The notes under the pieces are model-generated. The model saw nothing but the letters and a program-made list of their open reading frames with translations, searched no databases and was not told where the DNA came from. DNA of 62,980 bases, the filler included. It is 13 parts of 13 records of this genome, joined end to end, with 100 filler letters (N's around TTAATTAATTAA, not from the genome) between each part and the next. Parts side by side here need not be neighbours in the genome. Positions count along the whole stretch, not along the records: positions 25,611 to 31,057 come from SRR9670534_519; positions 31,158 to 33,288 come from SRR9670534_534; positions 33,389 to 35,534 come from SRR9670534_535; positions 35,635 to 41,066 come from SRR9670534_537; 9 more parts are not named here. One strand, written 5' to 3'. The position numbers and the translations under genes were made by a program. Each line of letters starts with the position of its first letter. The stretch's first letter is position 1. Positions 25,511 through 39,575 of this stretch are shown in pieces.

Positions 25511-26245
25511 NNNNNNNNNNNNNNNNNNNNNNNNNNNNNNNNNNNNNNNNNNNNTTAATTAATTAANNNNNNNNNNNNNNNNNNNNNNNNNNNNNNNNNN
25601 NNNNNNNNNNTCCAATAGTGGACCCCCTCTAATTGTGGACTCTTCAAAAATATCTTATGAAGAAATAGTGAACTTAGTCCATGAATGGAGAAAATATGGT
25701 AATTGAGTTTACAAATATGTCTGCTTAAATTTTGTGTACTTATTAATAATACTGGTTATGGCTAGGTAGACATTAAAACTTTTTAAAAAAATTTTTATAA
25801 GAAAGAAATTTCAAAAAATTTTAAAATGTTAAATTTTTAAATTGTGCCTAGATAAGTTTAGATAAAGTTCTTGTAGTTTGCTTTAATAACTTATATACTA
25901 ACATTGTATTTTGTCAATGATTGTGTTATGTAGTACCAAGCCTCTCTATAACAACTGTTAAAGAGAGCCTTGGTAGTACATAATATGTACCTACATAACG
26001 TTTTGTTACCTACATACATTTTGTTACGTATGTTACATAACGTTTTGATACATACCTATTCATATATGCACAGTAAACCAATAAGTGATTTGATATGTGT
26101 TAATAACCAGTAGGTACCTAGCTAGGTATGTATTATTAAGTTTGCAATTGATAAATATGCAGTTGAACTTTAATAAATCTGGAAAAGATCAGAATGTACT
26201 TTTAGGTGCGTATATCTGCCAAAGAAATCGTAGCTTCAATTTGAA

Positions 26246-29200
26246 ATGAATAGTAAGACAGACTCTTTCCTCAAACCAGGCACTCCTAAAACTCCAAAAG
26301 CAACTGCACAAAGCGGCAATTTTTCCAGAAATACCAATGAAAGATTGGTATGTACATTGATTGCTACGTAGGTATGTACCTACTTACTCTGTACCACCGT
26401 ACTTCAAACGAACGGGGTTAATTTAGCAAAATTGCCAATTAAATTATGTATGGATACGTTGTACCCTACTATGTATTACGTATTATTTATTATTACTAAT
26501 GATTCAATGATACCGTATCATACCTATGTGCAGTGTACATTGTACACGTATCGGTATATCATATAGGTATGCATTGCCTAGTACCTACGTTACGTTATTT
26601 ACGTATGTTGATTACTTGTTAATAAAGCAAACAAACCAAACTTGTACATACTTGCAAAATAATTTAGCGTAGATTAGTACAATAATTACACGTGTTCACT
26701 GAACACTGTTCAGCAATCAAGTGGAGTATCATTACTACCAGTATACATGAACTGGCCGGTACTGACAGTACCATACTGTCAATAATGATAAATTATGTAC
26801 TGTACATCGTACAGTACATATGTACAGTACGTATGTAGTACACACGTGCTAGCCATAGATATACCTAGGTACCTACTGTATTACGTATCACTAACGTCGT
26901 TTATTATTATTACATAATTGGTAGGTGCCACCTATGTACTACACTGTATCTGAAAAGACAAGCTGTTTTTCTTATTATGTACATATGACGTATTTAATAC
27001 ATAATAAGATAGGTATGTAATATTTATTTATGTAAGGCTGGCTTCACACAGTGTGTGAATCACGCTTATAAGCTACCTTGTCGACAAATTTGCGTTCTCA
27101 TGTACTTAGCGCCGCTATTTGCACGGAGGAGTTCTTGTAGTGCATCATGAAATAATTGCTATAAGTAGTACTTATTAAGTACAGTTCGTGTTACGAACTT
27201 ACGAACTCCGTAAATAGGTAGTACTACTATTTACATATTGCAATACTGCAGTGTATCATACACTGTGTATGTACATTGCATATGTATATGCATGTACATT
27301 GTATGTTCGTCATACACAGGTGTAACATTTCAACATGTGTCTTTTATAGGGTTGCCAACTTTTTCAATTTAGCAAGGAAATGTCCCGCATTTTTTACTAA
27401 TATGCTTACTCTTGACTAAAACGCTAAAAAATAAAACGTTCTCCCCAAAATGAAAGAGTTGGAAACTCTAGTCCTTTATATACTGTTAGGCATTTTTATA
27501 TTTAGAACAAAACTGTAAATCGAATACCAGTAACCAAAGGCCTTTCTAGAAGTCAGGATAATTTAGCAAGAAAAAGAAATGTACATGAATTTATCTTATT
27601 ATGTATTAGTTGTATTAATTGTATGTACATATTTGTTATGCCGAAGATTGCTGTTATTATTGTAATTAACATAAAGAATCAAATAGCGTTTTTAAATTAA
27701 CAGTGAAATTCACTGTTATACTATGCACCATACACACACATGTACCCATACACATACTATGCACCAATTCTTTATTAATAACAATGCAGCAACCAGTAAA
27801 CTAACATTTTTAGTAGTAGAAGCTTGTTACCCTAACATTTTATTATAGCCAGCTTTGGATGTTAGAAAAAGTAGTATGACATCAATAACACCTCGGAAGT
27901 TTGGTACACCCAAAAAACTGCCAGTTGAATTAGATTCAGGAATGTTAATCGAGTTGAAGAAAAAACATAAAACCGAAATCGATACGTTAACGAAAACTTT
28001 TAAGGATGAAATTTCTGAATTATGCAAAAATTCTGAAAGTCGAAAGGCAGAAATTGCTAATTTGAAGATGCAAATTAAGAAACAAGATGGATTAGGAACC
28101 GAATTAGCAAGTCTTAAACGGGAAAATGCAGTTCTTCGTTCTAAACTCACAGAAACTGGGTACAATGTTGCGTCCATTGACATACAGAAGGCTGCTGAAG
28201 AAATTTCTTTTCAAGGGTCTGACTCTGAAGTCATGTCTATTTGTACAGTAGATCTAATAGTTTCATCAGAAAATGACTCTGGAAGTAATTTGAAACTTCA
28301 TCACGGTTCTGAGATTAAAGCTGATCCAGTAGTTGACCTTTTGGCAACAAGTTCCTCATTCCCCATAGGTAGGTACTTATGTGTGACGTTGTGCTTTGAA
28401 CCGAATTTTTATTGTTAAATATCCTATGTACTGTTACAGAATTGCTTTTAATTTAATTTTTTGTTATTAATAAATTTACGCTTTTAAATTAGAAAGCAAT
28501 GCAACAAGTGACAGACTGAGCATGACAGACCAAAGTGAAATCAGCATAGCCTGCTTACAAGATAGAATATCACAAATGGAAGAATCTCAATATACTACCC
28601 AGGAGGAACTACAAGCAACTTTCTTTGAATTAGAAGAAAAACAAGATGAAGTAGAGGCAATCAGGACTGAACACGAGAGACTTTTAAGTAAGTTGTTGCG
28701 TTTTAGCAATACAGTTACAATATTATTAATATACTACATATTATATAGTATGTAATGATCGATTGTAAATATCTTATTGAATACATGCATCGGTAAATAC
28801 ATTTATAGATGAAAAAATGCTAGTCGAAGATTCGCTATGTAAAAATAATGAAATGTTAAACGGTTACCGTCGTGAAGTGCAATATTATCGAAAATTGATT
28901 GGTCTTGAGAGTGCGGATGGTTGTGGTGGTGCTGGTACTCTAAACGAACATGACCAAAATCTTGTCGCAATGATAGAATCCCTTTCTGTACAAAGAGATG
29001 AACTATACATGAAGAATAATGAACTTAATTCAGCATTTCAAGGCGTCGAACGGGATAGACGCGAAATTGGGGAAATTAATAAGGCTTTGAAAGAAAAAAT
29101 TGCCTTGCTTGAAAATCAAATGGAAAGCCTTTATGGAGAGAAACGTTCTTTGGAAAGATCCGTCACTTCGTACAGAGACAAAAGTGATGATTATGCTTTA

Positions 29201-31057
29201 GAAAATAAACACTTGAAGGATCAAGTTTCAAAGTTAACATTAGAGAAAAGCAAAAAGTTGTCCTCCTCTATTTCAAATGATGAACTTTTATCAAGAAATC
29301 ATGAATTGGAGACCAAAGTTAGTACCTACGAAAAGGAACTCTCTCACTTAAAAAGTCAGCTATCAAAGATGGAAGATTCCAAGACATCTGTATGTAAGCA
29401 ATACGAGGAAAAACTTTCTTCATTATCCACAAAATTTGTTGATCTGGAAAAAGATTTGGCTGCAAATGAGGACCAAAGATTGTTTCTTAAGAGAAGAGTT
29501 GAGGAAGGAGAAGTGAACCTAAACAACTTAAACGAAATTCTGGAAGAATCTCGAAAGGAGAAGAAAAAGTATGAAAGTACCATTGGTGAACTTAAAGAAT
29601 CACTTTCCAAAGTCAAGGTAGCTAATAAGTCTTTTGAAACTGAGCTCAAAACATTTAAAGAACAGTACAAAACTGATAAAGATGAATGGGAAACTTTCAA
29701 AAATGATTTGCTAGTTTCTGTCAAAGTTGCCTCTGATATACAGCATCAAACGGAGGATGAAAATAAGACGTTAAATGAAGAATTGAAGATGTTGAATGAA
29801 CGCTGTGATTATTTGTCGAAAGAATTGTCAATAAATCGGGTAACGATTGCTCTAGAGATTATATTTTCAAATGTTAGCCTAAAAAGGCAAAATTTGTAGC
29901 AGGGAAAAGTAAGCCGTGAGATTCGACGAACGCCATCGCTTGAAGTTCAGTCAAGAGTGAAAGCGTATTTGCAAAACGCCAATACGTCATCCCTTCAAGA
30001 GGTGGAGGGTGAAACGAGCAGTGATGATACGCTTACAACTGGTTCAACACCTAACGTAAAGAAGTTTGTGCAAAGTTTCGAAGAACTAACGACTACACCT
30101 AGTCCTCCTCTGCTAAGTGATGTTCAAGATAGTCCTACAAAATATGCACGTAGCTCGTCTTTTCACAACGTGGAATTCAAACGGGCAATCTTTGCTCAAA
30201 CTAGACCCTACTCGTTTACCTCTGGGAGTAAGATTATATTCGAAAGCGTTAACAGTAATTAATAACATTGCCTTTTTTAGGTGGAAATACCAAAGGAACA
30301 ACTTCGGAAAGAGATGTTGGAAATTTCACCCCTACCGGTTCTGGTAGTAGCTCTTCTACTAGTACAAGAACCCATCAAAATACTCTTTCCATGAACATTA
30401 CACCAAGGCAGAAGTAATAGTGACATCTTTTTGTTGACTGAGAAACATTTTAATTTGTGACTTTTAAGTGACAATGTTATTAACAATCTGTTAATAATTA
30501 TCAATAAACGATACAGTTGTTATTGCTGTCTAACACTGTTATGATTCATGTACATTTAGAGAGCTGGTGGATCCAATTGAAAGCTTGGCCAAAAGATTTA
30601 GTAGTTCTAAACGAAATGCTCTATTGAAATGGTGTGAACAGAGAACGGCAAATTATTCGGTTAGTTACATAATTTTATATTTTAGATTATGAAATACATT
30701 ATATCTTGCACTTAGAACATTCACATCACAAACTTCAGTTCTTCTTGGAATGATGGATTGGCTTTATGTGCTTTATTGCATACATATTTGCCTGGTGCTA
30801 TTGCCTATGATAAACTGAGCGCTGAAAACAAAAAAGAGAACTTTGAGATTGCTTTTAAAGCTGCTGAAGAAGCAGGGATTGATACAACATTGGTACCTTC
30901 ATTGAAATACATCGGATGTTATTGCATATTTATGTATAATTCGTTTATGTGATCTTAGAGTATTGACGAGATGGTTTCAATGGACCGGCCAGATTGGCAG
31001 AAAGTGATGGCTTATGTAGCTTCAATTTATAAGCATTTTGAGCATAATAGTATATAT
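26246..31057 (+). CDS. SPECC1L: Cytospin (SPECC1/SPECC1L family): coiled coil + C-terminal CH domain; stop codon just beyond the contig end; first exon tentative
   Basis: [26 protein letters not shown]; long coiled coil; [68 protein letters not shown]. Confidence 0.9.
27347..27470. mobile_element. hAT-like MITE in a cytospin intron
   Basis: TIRs TAGGGTTGCCAACT / AGTTGGAAACTCTA (2 mismatches); 8-bp flanks GTCTTTTA / GTCCTTTA (7/8) fit an hAT target-site duplication. Confidence 0.75.
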
Positions 31058-34000
31058 NNNNNNNNNNNNNNNNNNNNNNNNNNNNNNNNNNNNNNNNNNN
31101 NTTAATTAATTAANNNNNNNNNNNNNNNNNNNNNNNNNNNNNNNNNNNNNNNNNNNNTATTAAACATTTTCATTTTTTGTTAAGGCCATAGAAAAGAGCT
31201 CAATTTAAAGTATAACTCTATTTAAGTAGATATACTATATAGTTAATAGTTAATATTTAGTTAAATATATAGTTACTAGCTTTTAATTAAATATAATTAT
31301 ATGCTTACTTAAAAATATTAATCTTTAAGTAAATATAACTACTTGTTAAACATCTAGCCTACTTACCTAGTCCATATTCTATGTCTAACTCTATTGTCCA
31401 GAATTTTAATTAAATCTTTAATGGAATTGGATAACATATTTATCCTACTTTTGGTTACATTTTAGTAACAGTTTTCATTAAAGTTTTCTGTATAACACTT
31501 AAACTTAATATAATATTAATAGTTTTTAATAATTTGTTAATGGCCCAACATTATAACAAATAATGTTCACTAATTTGCTATAATAAAATTATTATAATAA
31601 TGATAATTTTTAGTAATTTCATTAAGAGTTTTCATCAATGGCCTTCTTTACAGTTTTTTTTGAAGATCTGTTAGCTTTAAGTTAACTATTTGTCATAAAA
31701 AGTGGAATGAAAATGTTATTCAATATCATTATGAATCTATTAGGTTTTGGGCAAATAGAGAATAGTTTGTTCTACCTTTGCAGATTTTGATTTTCTTTTC
31801 TTTTATTTACAAGTATAATACTTAGAAATATTTTTGCTAGTCTACTATTTTGCTAATACCCTATTATCTTTTTGATAGTATTCTATTATTCTTTGATGAT
31901 ATTCTGCTATATTCTAGTGGTATTCTACTACAGTTAATGATACTTTATTACTCTTCATGGTATTGTTGCTTTTAGTAAGCTATTATTATATTTTTTAAAC
32001 AGATTTTAATGTTATTCTTTAATATTGATAATCTGTACTTTCATTGTATTTATTGTGTTTATTACAATACTATAATACAATGCAATTATTATCTACATAA
32101 TCATGTTTTGTGCTTAATATCTGTTTTGGGTTGTGAATTTTAATGTGAAATCCCTATTCTTCTTCTTCATTATCTACATAAAGTAGTAGAACAAAAATCA
32201 TTTTATAAAATAAAATAAATAGTTACAAGTTTAAAGATAGCTATAACTTTTAAATTTATTAGGCAGTAATATAATTTATATAATATAAGTAAATAAAACA
32301 GTAATATAAGTTATATATATTATATAACAATTTTATTTGTACTTAAAGTAATAATAAAATTCATGACATAGTAATATAAATTCAATAGATAGTAATATAA
32401 TATAAGTAATAATAAAACATAAGTAACTTTTGTTTTATGACTTTTTTGCTAAATAGTAACCATGACTGTTTGTTAATAAACCCATAAAACATAATAACCA
32501 TTATTAGTTATCAATAAAACCATAAAACATAGGTTAAATGTGACATTACTATAATCTTACTAATTTGATGTTTATAACATTATGTTACTATCATATGTTA
32601 TCAATTTGATATACTAATATGTTATTGAAATACACTGAAATACATTTTACCTATAAAGTTCTCAAGCTTATCAGAGAGTAATTGGCATATAACTGTATAT
32701 AAATTCAAAGTCTGTACTTCAACTTTAGGTTGAAGCTGATACAATATATGTAGCATATGTAGCATTGTTGAAAAATATTATAGATTTATAGTATTTGTAG
32801 CTTGTTTGCAAGTGATCTTCAGTTACCATTTTAAGTTGCATTTGTATCAGTTTATTAATAATAATGAGAATTACAAAAATATTGTTTGAGAAATTCTTCA
32901 TACTATATATAGTATACAATAGTCTTTATTATAATAATATAGTAATGCTATAGTAATCTGTAAAATATAACAGAGTTGTTTCAGTAATTGCCAATAAACT
33001 TTTGAAATGGAAAAGAATGTAGAAACCCTGATTACAACAACAACTTTCAAGCCCATGTCCAAATCTACTCCTATGATGCCTTATATTGCACAAAGTTCAG
33101 TTCACTATTCAAGCAATGTAGAAGAAACTATAAAGTGCTTAATAAATGGGGTTATGAATTTTGTTTTAGTATTATAGTGTAGTGCAATATTATGCAATAT
33201 TATATAATAGATAGATATTATTATAAGTAATGCATTGGAATACAAATTATGTGATGAATTTATTAATAATAATATTATTATTAATAATNNNNNNNNNNNN
33301 NNNNNNNNNNNNNNNNNNNNNNNNNNNNNNNNTTAATTAATTAANNNNNNNNNNNNNNNNNNNNNNNNNNNNNNNNNNNNNNNNNNNNGGGCGAAAGGGT
33401 TAAGTTCCTTTCAATAGTTTTATCTACAGTCATTTTTTAGTCAATAGTTAATCTATATTATGTAAGTTTCTTTTAATGTTTTATAGTACAAAATATAAAA
33501 TATAATGATATAATAATATAATATTAATATCTAATAGGATAACTTTGATACCTTGAATTTGGAGCTAGATATAGTATACTATGAGGAAATAGACCTTCTA
33601 CAAAATAGTATACAGATTACGAATAATATAGACTTTAATATAGTCTATAGCATGTAATTTATTACACTGCTAGTAATATGATTATTATTGCCATTAGTAA
33701 TATAATTATTATTGCTATTAATAATATAATAAAAAGAAATTTTAGACATTTAATCAAACTTTTGGAATTCTATTTAATAAATTACTATTTAACAATAATA
33801 AAAATTATTAATAATAACAATTATTGTTATTAGTAATATAGGTAGTTATTATTTAGTAATATAAATATCATTTCTATTAGTAAGCTAATGTAATAAAAAA
33901 TTTTTATTAATAATATTGTATGTTAAATTAATCTTTCATAATTTTCATTATTAAATTACTAATTAATAATAATAATATGCTAATTTTGTCTATTATAACA

Positions 34001-34155
34001 ATAAAATAGTAACTTTAATCCAGCTTTATTTTATTTTACAAAATAGTAAGTTTCTTAAGAATAAAGTTTTTACCTTACATAAGGCATATTATAATTTAAC
34101 AAAGTACAAATGTAAATTTTATAAGATAAGTAGTTTTAATAAAACTTCATCATTA

Positions 34156-34335
34156 TTATTTGATATTACAATACCAAATGCTAAAGATGTTATTAGGAAG
34201 AATAGCTTATATACTCCTTAATAGAAGGAATTCATTGTCAAATTTATTTGATATTATAGTACCAAATACTGAAGAGATTATTAGGAAGAATAGTTTATAT
34301 ACTCCTAAATGAAAGGAATGCATTATCAAATTTTT
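34156..34335 (-). repeat. Two diverged tandem ~90-bp units; possible relic of a 30-aa repeat protein
   Basis: Minus-strand reading FDNAFLSFRSI*TILPNNLFSIWYYNIK / FDNEFLLLRSI*AILPNNIFSIWYCNIK. Confidence 0.5.
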
Positions 34336-35634
34336 TCTTGATTAAAGAACTGAAAGATTTCTTTGCTTTGGCAATAGAAATCATAATAGTATTTTGCTTT
34401 CATATATTAAAAATTTACTTAATAATAAAAAGAGATAACATTCAGATTGTAAAGTAGAATATTGTAGCCAAAGTATATCAAAGTAATTTTTACAACCATT
34501 TATAACTAGTGACTTCATCTATATTCTTTTTGATGCTTCTTAATCTTTATGCAAACAAATCTAATTATCTTATACTGTTCAATTAACTTTACCAAAAAAT
34601 TCTTTTTATTAAAGAAAATTTCTTTTATGGCTAATATGCTTAATCTTATCCCTGGTAAGAGAACAATATTAATGGTAGCTATTTATGCAGAAAGAGAAGC
34701 TAATTTTGATAATATTTTTTTAATTAAAAGTACTACCAAATTTAGTGGTAAGAAAACTAGAGAATTGGCTATTAGTAGTAATATATTTGCTTATCTAGAG
34801 TTTATAGCTTTGCATTGAAATAGTAAGCTTATAACAGATAAGCTTTATTAAGCAAATGATTATTTAGCAAAATTTAAATCTATATAATATAGTTAAATTA
34901 CAGTAAGTTACTAAACAACATACTTATTTAATTAATATTTACCATAACTTTTTCTTCTATGTTTATCCTTATCTTTATCATACTGTAATAACCAACAAAA
35001 GTTAGTAAGCATTACTAAACTACATTTTTTTATATCTTTTTTTTCATAATAGCTATATCCTAATGTTGATCATGTAGATCAGAAATTTACCTAAGATTAT
35101 CATGAAAAAATAATAAATGTAAATGTAGAAAATGTAATTTTAGTAAAATGTTGCTAGTTATAGCTTTATAAGCTTTTATTAGATCATTAACAAACTTTTT
35201 GTAATTAACATCTTTGTAACTTTCAAGAAAACCTCTGAAAATATTTTTAAAAGCTCTTTATGCATTCAACTTTATTTTACTCACTACTTTTTCAAATTTA
35301 TATCTAATATCTGAGCTGGACACTTCATATGAAAATGGACTTACTGAAGACATGAGGATCATACAGAAAGACTTCAACAAGAGATTTGGCTACTGTATTG
35401 TTCCATTGGATAATGTGGTGAGTTTTCCTAGAATCAGACCATAAACTACTAGAATATTAGATAATTTTTATGATATTATTTAATACATGTTTTAAATTTT
35501 TGCATTTCAGAGTTTTTATTGATTGAAATGATACNNNNNNNNNNNNNNNNNNNNNNNNNNNNNNNNNNNNNNNNNNNNTTAATTAATTAANNNNNNNNNN
35601 NNNNNNNNNNNNNNNNNNNNNNNNNNNNNNNNNN

Positions 35635-38600
35635 TACCACATGGTTCCAGATTGTAATCAAGGCTATTGGACAATGAGCCAAAATCATTTGAAAGCCATA
35701 AGGTTACATTAACAGGTTCAAAGCATGTAAAAGGACCCTTTTTTGGAACTGCTAAGTCGATGTTATCTGTACTAACATCCTTGTTTATTGTTCCATCCCA
35801 ATCAAAATACTTATCAGGATCATCGAGAGATTGGGCATGTATATGATACGACAGCGAATAAGATCCCCAATTGTTATGTTGTGGCAACTATGCATTTAAA
35901 AAGGCAATAATATAATAATAGCGCAATAATTAATAAATTAGTCATAACATTAGTCATTAGTCAAAGTTATTACAAATTTTTTATAAAGTATATACTTGTA
36001 ATTAATATGTATTATAATAATTATAATTAATAACATCATTACAATATTTAAAATATATGAATAAATATAATGAAAATGTAAATATCAATAATTATAATAT
36101 TGTAATAATATTAATAATAATTGTTAATAATTAATACTAACTAATAACGGTATATCAATTAATAGTAAAAATTATTATTATACTGATAGTATTTAAAACA
36201 TTGAAAATTATTTCAACATTTTTTATAAAAAATATTTATTATTACAATAATAAATATTTCTGGAAAATTTAAAAAGTATGTTTCTATCACCTCAGCATCA
36301 ACACCAATGTACACTTCATTTTCTTTTTTATCAAGGTTTTGTGTTATTTCTGATATTTTTATTTCCCCTGATGGCTCTAAATATACCAAAGTGTAAATGA
36401 AGCATAACAAATTTAATATCATATTGAAAACTTACTACAAGACTCGGTCGTTATTGATTTATCAGAAATCAAAGTATACTCTTCTGTAGATTCCAAATAA
36501 ATAAAAATACTAATACTGTATTTTGTTGAACAAAATAGATCTTCAAAGGTAACTATGTTGTCTGTAACATTCTTTATTAAAGTCTGAGTTTTGTCTTTAT
36601 CTTCAATTTTAACTCTGTAGTGGACATTGCTTGACGTAACAGCCTATTTGAAAAATTGGAGTCACATAATAATTCAATGATATTCCACTATGCAAGATTA
36701 TGCAGATGTTCTTACTGTCCATGTTATCTCCAAATTAGCAGCCGTATGATCTTCATTAACAGACATGCTGACATCATTGAAATCATAAAATACTTCTGTA
36801 TAATCTACAAATATCATATAGTTACATATAGTTGTCGCACAAATTCACGTAAAACTTGTTGTTGGCGTGTATATATGCGACAATTATTTGATAATACTAT
36901 CGATCGACAACTATTTGCTAATAATATTGATCGATATTATCGGAGCGTATTGGGCCAATAGCATAACAAACTAGCATTAAAATCATACTGAAAGGAAAAT
37001 ATGATTTTGGAATAATAACAATTCTTCCCAAAGCAACTTCGTCCAAGATAACTTCCACATAGTTTCCACTTGGATCCCAAGGAATATTGTCTAATTTCAT
37101 TTTGTTGTTTGTAGTGGTGTACACTTGAAACCCATCAAATATGATTTGATAGTATGAACCAAGATCTCGGATCTCCTAATATTGAATATTGAACAGTATA
37201 CTGAATTAAACATATTGAATTGTATAGGTCCTACTGAATTAAATTGTTAAAACATAAAACATCACAAAAGTTATACATCTGCTTCAAAATCCATTGAAAC
37301 TGTTCCCAGGACGTCAATTTTAAAATTGCTAAAGACTTCCTCTGGTGCATAAAAAATAGTAGGAACTAAAAATTGGCAGATCAGCTATATTGCAATAATC
37401 TAGTTTTTGCCGCCCTTTTAGCGACATCTTTTTTAATTTTTATTAATTATTATTAATAGTAGCAACAATTACATAGTTATAAAGTTTATACCGATTCTCA
37501 AGGGTGGTCCAAGATGTTTATAATATTCACCATCATCTGAAAGTAGTTCCAAACTTCTTCTCAAGCTAATGATTGAGTTATTGAATTCAGGATAGTAGAA
37601 GCCATTGAATTCAGTCTCGTTAAATTTGTAGTCTTTGCATAAAACGTCATCTGTTAAGGCTATATCATGTATACATAGCTGTATGAAGTCATCTTCAGAG
37701 AATTTTGTAACTTGGGATGGTTGCTAAAGAAAACGTTCATAGGCCTAATGGTCTTCGTTAAAATAAGTCAAAAGTAGCGAAACCTCTATTGTTAAGTGAA
37801 AATCAGTTTCAGTGAATGTTGCTGCTTCCAGCTGAGGAAAATATGGGTCATCAACACACTGCCCATTACCGTTACAAAGTCCACCATATACACAATTGCA
37901 GCTGGTACAACTGTCGCATTCTAAAAATACAAAGTATATTATGTTAATATAATAGGCCTAAATGTCATTATTAATTATAATAATAATCAGGCATCATTAT
38001 TGTTAAAAATATCCGATAGATATTACCTGCTGCGTATACTTCAATTTCACAAATAACAATTTTATGCTTGACCTTTGAATAATCCTTTGATAGAACAAAA
38101 TATCTGCCTACAAGTTCTTCATCACAGCTAAATGTATGTTCATGATCTATAATATCAAAATCTGCTTTGCATAGCTTCCCCTTGTAACGATCGTCATCTG
38201 GATGCAGTTTTCTATAATCATCAATTTGTTTAGGTTTTGGGTTCTCTGTCCATAATCTGTCAGCGGTGAGGGGGTGTTCAGAAACATAGACATAGTAACC
38301 GATGCTGTAGTAATCTAGTAAAGAGAAGAAAACTGGTTGAAGATTAATTTTCCAGTAATAAATGGATTAAACATAATGAAATATATTAATAGTACATAAT
38401 CCGGGGGTTAGTCTTGCGTTGACATCTGTGATTTTAAAACCATTGATTTTATAACTCTTTCCGAGATCAACAACAATATTTGCAGCATAACCGGGATGAG
38501 ACAATGCTGTTGAGGCGCAACTTCCATCGCTGAAATTTTCATCGTTGTATCCATCAGTAGCTTTTGGTGCATGGCCATACACATCGTAGCCCCACGACAG

Positions 38601-39575
38601 TATTTCTGGAGATGCAACTGGTCTGTGGGTTGCGATTTCAACTAAATTTTGCAATATAATGGCTACTATTTTAAACTTAATTACACAATTTTTAAAATTT
38701 TTACTTATTAGGAACATAACTTAAATTTATAAAAAAAAACGAATTTCATTCAAATTCAATAATGTGACAATTTAAAATTTTTAACATTTTTATTGAAAAA
38801 ATTAAAACTATTTTTAATGAAAAAATTAAAATGATATCTAAATTAAAACATGAAAAGCTTTAGTAACATTTTAAATGAAACTAACCAAATCTGACCGTAG
38901 AAACTTCGCATAATGTGCCTTTGCTTACTCCTTGAGCTAATTTTATAAATAGATATCTTCCAATGGAACCATAAGCACATGAGTAAAATTGAGTCTCGTC
39001 ACCATACATGAAATCACATGCATGAGATTTTGAACTTACAGTATCCTTTGCTATTCTTAATTCATATACTAAACATTTTTTTATTTATTATTAATAACAT
39101 TATTACTAATGGCAAATACTGAATTATTTCGAAGAAATATTATTACCCCGTAAGTATAATTATAATTTAATAATTATTAATTATAATAATAACATAATAA
39201 GATTTTAATATGAGTGATACTATAGTATATAATCAAAAATATATATTTTCTAACATACTGGCAGAATCTGAAGTTGTTAAGGTCACATCATGTATCCAAA
39301 CTAATTTTCCAAAATACACAACAACTTCTTTCAGATTATCATCAATCAAATTGACACATGTCGATTCTACTTTATCAATGATCCTGGTTAAATTTTGAGT
39401 AGTTGAACAAGTTTCACATTTTACGACATCTTCTTGGACAAATACAGGTTGAAAATCCCCTAGTGAAAATGGTTGAAGATAAATATTTGCGAAACTAAGG
39501 ATTACCTAAGGTCGGCCAGATGAAAGTCGTTAGTAAAAATGATAAAGGTAATAAGATTTTTGAGGATCCAAGCAT
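35635..39575 (-). CDS. Secreted or cell-surface protein: signal peptide, two F5/8-type-C/F-lectin-like domains, EGF-like module, FN3-like regions; 3' truncated
   Basis: MLGSSKILLPLSFLLTTFIWPTL; GRYLFIK..LCEV; KATDGY..SCAST..VVDLGKSYKI; GRYFVL..ICEIEVYA; CDSCTSCNCVYGGLCNGNGQC; TFEDLFCSTKYSISI; many short GT-AG introns. Confidence 0.65.

Noticed and set aside
25611-25645. Possible Tc1/pogo-type terminal repeat (AGTGGAC..TAATTGTGGAC) at a contig start
   Set aside because: Too short and truncated; no partner end is visible
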